Shown: positions 59,655 through 64,000 of the stretch, in pieces
Layout of the letters: each line of letters opens with the position of its first letter
How positions within the stretch are numbered: the stretch's first letter is position 1
Assembly (NCBI GenBank): GCA_964523895.1
Contig: CAZGBJ010000007.1
Span: 23,000 to 86,999, forward strand
Origin: an uncultured Enterobacteriaceae bacterium
GTDB taxonomy: Bacteria > Pseudomonadota > Gammaproteobacteria > Eutrophobiales > Eutrophobiaceae
Length of the DNA stretch: 64,000 nucleotides
Reading direction: 5' to 3'
The notes under the pieces: generated by a model
Database searches by the model: none
The model's input: only the letters and a program-made list of their open reading frames with translations
What the model was told of the DNA's origin: nothing
Translations under genes and position numbers: made by a program

Positions 59655-60908
59655 ATGACTTTTTCTGAAAATGTGAAAAATAATTTAAACAGAAATTTTG
59701 GTGGTTTGGAAGTTAAGTATGGCTTGCCTAGCGAAGTTGTGTTCTGCAAAAAATGTGTAATATCAAATCAGCGACCAATTACAACTCTTGAGGTTGAGCA
59801 TGATGAGTCACAAAAAAAGCCAACGACAAATTTTGATGAAGATGGTGTTTGCGATGCATGTCGTTGGGCAGAGTACAAGGAAGAAAAAATAGATTGGGAG
59901 GAAAGAGAGCGACATTTAAAAGAGCTTCTTAATAGATACAGAAGTCCGAATGGAGATTATGATGTGGTTGTGCCTGTTAGCGGGGGTAAAGATTCATGCT
60001 ACGTGGCCCATTTGCTAAAAGAAAAATATAAAATGAATCCATTGACTGTAACTTGGGCTCCTCATATATATACAGAACCAGGTTGGCGTAATCTTCAATC
60101 TTTTATTAACTCGGGTTTTGATAATATTCTTACAACACCGAATGGGAAAGTGCATCGGTTACTTACTAAATTAGCATTTGAAAAGCTTGGGCATGCCTTC
60201 CAGCCATTTATTTTAGGGCAAAGAAATATCGCGCCTAAAATTGCACTTAAGAATAACATAAAGCTAGTGTTTTATGGGGAAAACGTTGCTGAATATGGTA
60301 ATAGAATAGAAGATAATCTACATCCTCAAATGGAAAAACTATTATATACAAGTATAGACATATGTAATGATGATTTATTTATTTCTGGTGTGACAATAAA
60401 AGAATTAAAAGAAAAATATAGTATTCAACATTCTGATCTAATTCCATATGGTTCTCCAAGTATGGATGAAATTGAAAGTAATGAAATTGAGTTTCACTAT
60501 ATGAGCTTTTATAAGAAGTGGATTCCTCAAGATAACTATTACTATGCTGTTCGGAATACTGGTTTCCAACCAAATGATGAAAGAACTCAAGGAAGTTATT
60601 CTAAGTACAGTAGCTTTGATGATAAAATAGATTCCTTTCATTATTATATGACATACATTAAGTTTGGTATGGGACGTGCTGTGGCTGATGCATCTCAGGA
60701 AATTAGAACTGGAAAGATCAGTAGAGATGAGGGAGTTGCATTAGTTAATCGCTATGATCATGAATTTCCATCTAGATACTATAAAGAATTCCTTGATTAT
60801 ATTGATATAACTGATGATGAATTTAAATCAATAACCGAGGTGTTTCGTTCTCCTCATTTGTGGAAAAAAGAAGATGATCAATGGGTTTTGAGGCATAAAA
60901 TAAAGTAG
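59655..60908 (+). CDS. wbuX: N-acetyl sugar amidotransferase (WbuX/WbpG/PseA family, PP-loop ATPase)
   Basis: PP-loop SGGKDS, Cys-rich N-terminus, 417 aa. Confidence 0.65.
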   Translation: MTFSENVKNNLNRNFGGLEVKYGLPSEVVFCKKCVISNQRPITTLEVEHDESQKKPTTNFDEDGVCDACRWAEYKEEKIDWEERERHLKELLNRYRSPNGDYDVVVPVSGGKDSCYVAHLLKEKYKMNPLTVTWAPHIYTEPGWRNLQSFINSGFDNILTTPNGKVHRLLTKLAFEKLGHAFQPFILGQRNIAPKIALKNNIKLVFYGENVAEYGNRIEDNLHPQMEKLLYTSIDICNDDLFISGVTIKELKEKYSIQHSDLIPYGSPSMDEIESNEIEFHYMSFYKKWIPQDNYYYAVRNTGFQPNDERTQGSYSKYSSFDDKIDSFHYYMTYIKFGMGRAVADASQEIRTGKISRDEGVALVNRYDHEFPSRYYKEFLDYIDITDDEFKSITEVFRSPHLWKKEDDQWVLRHKIK

Positions 60909-60928
60909 TAATTATAAAATTTTTATAA

Positions 60929-61825
60929 ATGGCATCAGACAACCCAATCGTAAGCATAGGTATTCCTGTGTATAATTCGGAAAAATTTATTTCCGATACG
61001 CTCAATTCAATTGTTTCCCAGTCGTACAAAGAATTGGAAATAATTATTTCAGATAATGCGTCTACTGATGCAACATCAGAAATATGTAAGAGTTACTCGG
61101 AAAGGGATATAAGAATAAAGTATGTAAGGCAGGAATATAATCTAGGTAGTGATTTGAATTTTAAATACGTTTTTGATGTTGCAAAGGGAGAATTCTTTAT
61201 GTGGCATGCTGCACATCATCTTCGTTCTCATGATTATGTTGAAAAAAATATTATTTTTTTAAAAAATAATCCACTATATGTTGCTTCAGGATCTCCAGAC
61301 TGCTTTAAAGATGAAATTAATGATCCGAGCAAACTAGCATTCTTTTCATTTGATGGTAATTGTTACAATAATTTAAAATGTTTTCTGAATAATTGTTGGA
61401 GAAGTCATGGGATATTTTATTCCTTGATAAGGAAAACAACGATAGGCAGTACAGAATTAATAGGTTGGAAATGTATAGCTCAAGATTGGATCTTGATTAT
61501 TTATTTATTGTTAAAGGGGAAGATTCATAGAGTTCAGGAAGGGAGATTGCTTTTGGGAAGAGAAGGGCAAAGTAACTCAAATGTTCCATTTGATGGGCTT
61601 ATAAATAAGAAAATAGAGCATTTTTTTCCACTGTATGAATTTACATTATATTTTATTAAATCGATTTCTTTTGAAAATGAGATAGGAGTTGTTGAAAAAA
61701 TTAATTTATATTCAATTATTTTTTGGTTAAATATAAAATATAAAATCAGGGAAGGAATAAATGTAATATTGCGTGCAGCACAAATAACGGCAAATAATTT
61801 ATTTATGAGAAAGGATAAAGTATAA
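60929..61825 (+). CDS. Family 2 glycosyltransferase
   Basis: VSIGIPVYNSEKFISDTLNSIVSQSYKELEIIISDNASTD, the classic GT2 N-terminus with DxD-type motifs. Confidence 0.7.
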   Translation: MASDNPIVSIGIPVYNSEKFISDTLNSIVSQSYKELEIIISDNASTDATSEICKSYSERDIRIKYVRQEYNLGSDLNFKYVFDVAKGEFFMWHAAHHLRSHDYVEKNIIFLKNNPLYVASGSPDCFKDEINDPSKLAFFSFDGNCYNNLKCFLNNCWRSHGIFYSLIRKTTIGSTELIGWKCIAQDWILIIYLLLKGKIHRVQEGRLLLGREGQSNSNVPFDGLINKKIEHFFPLYEFTLYFIKSISFENEIGVVEKINLYSIIFWLNIKYKIREGINVILRAAQITANNLFMRKDKV

Positions 61826-61892
61826 GTTGCAAGAAATTAAATATTGCATTGAGATGGTGTGATAGTATGAGCAATCTACTTAATTAAATGCG

Positions 61893-63776
61893 TTGCTAAA
61901 AATAAATGAGCAATTGAAAAAATACTTCTATTATATTTTAACTAATCAGGCATGCATTGCTTTGTTAGTAACAGCGATATTCGCGATTCAATTTCTCTAT
62001 TGCTTACCATTCTTAGGTAATACTAGGGTATTTAATCCTGAAACAGTAGGGACTTTAATTAGTTATTTTATCTACGCAGGAGAGCCATTTTCTTTCCCAT
62101 TGGGGGAAATAAAAAGCATCACCTTTCCTTTTGTCGATGGGAATGTAGGCAACGTTGGTGCTCTACCACTGTTTGCGATTACATTTAAAGCTTTAGGAAA
62201 AGTTCTATCGTATTTTCAAAAGTTTGATTATTTTATCTTTGTTGAAATCCTCTCTAGTTTTCTTACGGCATATTTTTCGATGAAAATATTACTGATGTTG
62301 GGTGTTAGGCATGTTGGCTTTAGAATACTGGGTGCCTTGTTGGTGGGGACATCGTTAATTATGTTAATAAGAAGTGCCTCTCTTCAACCATTCTGCGTGG
62401 TTCAATTCCCATTGTTTACAATATGGATGTATTTAATGTTGCTTGTGCTGCAGGGCAAGGATGTATTTTACCGAAAAGACTTGTTGGTTATGTTTATTTT
62501 TCCCATAACAGCATTAATCGATAATTACACATTGGTTGGCATAATATTGGGCACAAGTGTATTGGTTGTGTTTGAATTTTACGAAAGTTATTTTGGCGGA
62601 CTTGCTTCTTCATGGAGCCGGTTTAATAGAATATTCTGGATTTTAATTGCAGGAATATGTTTGAGTATATTGAGTTTGTATATTATAGGAATGTATCCGT
62701 TGCCTTCAATGGCCAGTTTTTTTACAAGTTACGATGTTGGTGCAGGAGGTAGATATCATGTGGCTGATTTATTCTCACTATTCATTCCAGTTGGTGATAA
62801 TTATAGTGGATTACCAGTAAGTTCTTTATTAGGAAAATTTCATTTTTTACCTAATACAAATCAGTTGGGAAAAGGACAGCATGAAGGAGTTGCCTATATT
62901 GGGACGGCAATTATATTTATATGGTTTTTTCTGATAATTAATTTTCTATATTCATGTAAAATAAGTTTGCTTAAGTATCGAAAGAAAAAAGAATATCAAT
63001 TTAGATTGCATTCTTCTTGGATGAAGTTAGGCATTGCTTCTATAGTTGTTTTCTTATTCAGTTTTGGGTATGAATTACATGTTCTCGGCATGCCCATGTC
63101 TAATTTTCCTTTGATGCCTGCTGCCTGGTTATCAGATCGTATTCCTGCCTTGTACAATATAAGGGCTCCTGGACGATTGGCTATATTATTAAGCTTGTTC
63201 ATTATATTAGAGGGAATTAGATCATTTCATAAATGGTATGATAATTATAAAAGTGAACTTGGAAAGCAGCCGTCAACTAAATGGTTTTCTCGATCAGTAC
63301 ATCTAAGTTTAGTGTTTTTTGCAATAATACATTTGGTTGAAATATCATCACTTTTAAAACCAGTTGCAGTTCAAGCATCTCATCCAATAGGTGGGGTTTA
63401 TTCTGAAGAAGATATTAAGGAGCTTCGTCGATTAGGAGATTCTTATGATGTGGTTTTGATTGCCCCTACGGTCAAATCATTTGATGTTGAGTGGATGACA
63501 GAAGCATATGCCTTAGCCTATTATCTAGAGTTGCCGTCAAATCTATATTTAATAGCAAGAACTATTCCTCAGCATGATAACAAAATCGCAAAAGATCTGT
63601 TTCGCATTGAGAATGGGGAATGGGATTCTCTTATAAATGAGTATGGCAATATTCTATTTGCTATGCCTTATTATCTTGCAGAGCAGCTTCGTTCTAAAAT
63701 GGAAAATAGATTTTCAGAAGTAAGAATTGGACCTGTTTCTCTTTGGACACAAAAAAAGGTTTCAATTAGTACGTGA
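61893..63776 (+). CDS. Large polytopic inner-membrane protein (at least 12 predicted TM helices). Candidate glycan polymerase, ligase or O-oligosaccharyltransferase-like enzyme.
   Basis: Hydrophobic profile with many 20-aa hydrophobic stretches and a C-terminal soluble domain. No diagnostic motif recognised (no WWDYG). Confidence 0.35.
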   Translation: MLKINEQLKKYFYYILTNQACIALLVTAIFAIQFLYCLPFLGNTRVFNPETVGTLISYFIYAGEPFSFPLGEIKSITFPFVDGNVGNVGALPLFAITFKALGKVLSYFQKFDYFIFVEILSSFLTAYFSMKILLMLGVRHVGFRILGALLVGTSLIMLIRSASLQPFCVVQFPLFTIWMYLMLLVLQGKDVFYRKDLLVMFIFPITALIDNYTLVGIILGTSVLVVFEFYESYFGGLASSWSRFNRIFWILIAGICLSILSLYIIGMYPLPSMASFFTSYDVGAGGRYHVADLFSLFIPVGDNYSGLPVSSLLGKFHFLPNTNQLGKGQHEGVAYIGTAIIFIWFFLIINFLYSCKISLLKYRKKKEYQFRLHSSWMKLGIASIVVFLFSFGYELHVLGMPMSNFPLMPAAWLSDRIPALYNIRAPGRLAILLSLFIILEGIRSFHKWYDNYKSELGKQPSTKWFSRSVHLSLVFFAIIHLVEISSLLKPVAVQASHPIGGVYSEEDIKELRRLGDSYDVVLIAPTVKSFDVEWMTEAYALAYYLELPSNLYLIARTIPQHDNKIAKDLFRIENGEWDSLINEYGNILFAMPYYLAEQLRSKMENRFSEVRIGPVSLWTQKKVSIST

Positions 63777-63800
63777 TAAAATTACGATGGGGGACATCAA

Positions 63801-64000
63801 ATGTTGTTTTCAAAAAAATCTGAAAAGGTTTGCGTACCTTCAAAAGCACAAGAGTTTAATCCCATTTTAATAAAGAATGATGATGGTTTTTATTTTTATC
63901 TTCCTGAAATGTCTGTAGGTGGAGAAGGAGAAACTTTAGAAGATGCTTATAAGCAATATGAATTGAATTTACAACAATTCCTAGATCAGACTGGAAAATA
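63801..64000 (+). CDS. 5-prime part of an unassigned ORF running off the window end
   Basis: ATG at 63801 preceded by GGGGGA SD-like sequence. Open to the end of the window (MLFSKKSEKVCVPSK...). Confidence 0.3.
   Translation, partial: MLFSKKSEKVCVPSKAQEFNPILIKNDDGFYFYLPEMSVGGEGETLEDAYKQYELNLQQFLDQTGK

Overview
The 64-kb window is AT-rich and bacterial. Gene content and codon usage point to a low-GC Gammaproteobacterium; I cannot name the organism. It falls into three blocks.

(1) 1-16.3 kb is a tightly coupled plus-strand operon. It begins with the truncated 3-prime end of a PfaA-like PKS (DH domain), followed by gmd-fcl-galE. Next comes a 2233-aa PfaC-like protein (KS, CLF, AT, two FabA-type DH), then oleA-oleB-oleC-oleD and an Sfp-type PPTase (pfaE-like). 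Most junctions are ATGA or very short overlaps. I read this as a PUFA-synthase/olefin (ole) supercluster with GDP-fucose and UDP-Gal genes embedded in it.

(2) 16.3-27.6 kb is housekeeping and accessory. It carries a cNMP-binding protein and a class III aminotransferase on the minus strand, a SAM methyltransferase frameshifted at an A9 run, a cytochrome P460-like protein, a Sel1-repeat protein, a YhdH/AcuI-type oxidoreductase, and hicB plus a frameshifted hicA immediately upstream of leuCD. After these come a SAM methyltransferase, gltX, tRNA-Ala(GGC) and tRNA-Glu(UUC). A 19-nt direct copy of the tRNA-Glu 3-prime end lies 140 bp downstream (att-like remnant). An orphan XRE regulator and a roughly 320-bp nested inverted-repeat (MITE-like) element complete the block.

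(3) 27.6 kb to the window end (at least 36 kb) is a glycan locus. It has Cap1J-type UDP-GlcA epimerase, TviB/WbpA-like and Ugd dehydrogenases, cysC and rfaH. Upstream of a PglK/MsbA-like fused ABC transporter there is an exact ops 12-mer (GGCGGTAGCGTG) in a JUMPstart-like context, just after a 27-bp perfect hairpin. A full pseudaminic acid pathway is present (pseB, pseC, pseH, pseG, pseI, pseF), with an embedded FabH-like/ACP/LpxD-like acyltransferase module and a cytidylyltransferase::class III aminotransferase fusion. There are WbpB/WbpE-like 3-amination genes, and a CDP-hexose pathway (rfbF, rfbG, RfbC-like epimerase, sugar C-methyltransferase, DegT, acetyltransferase) predicting a branched amino sugar. 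The locus ends with a CmcI-like methyltransferase, the acetamidino module wbuZ/Y/X (hisF/hisH-like), a GT2 and a 627-aa polytopic membrane protein.

No CRISPR arrays, integrases or transposase ORFs were seen. All calls rest on remembered family motifs and alignments read by eye. No database search was run.
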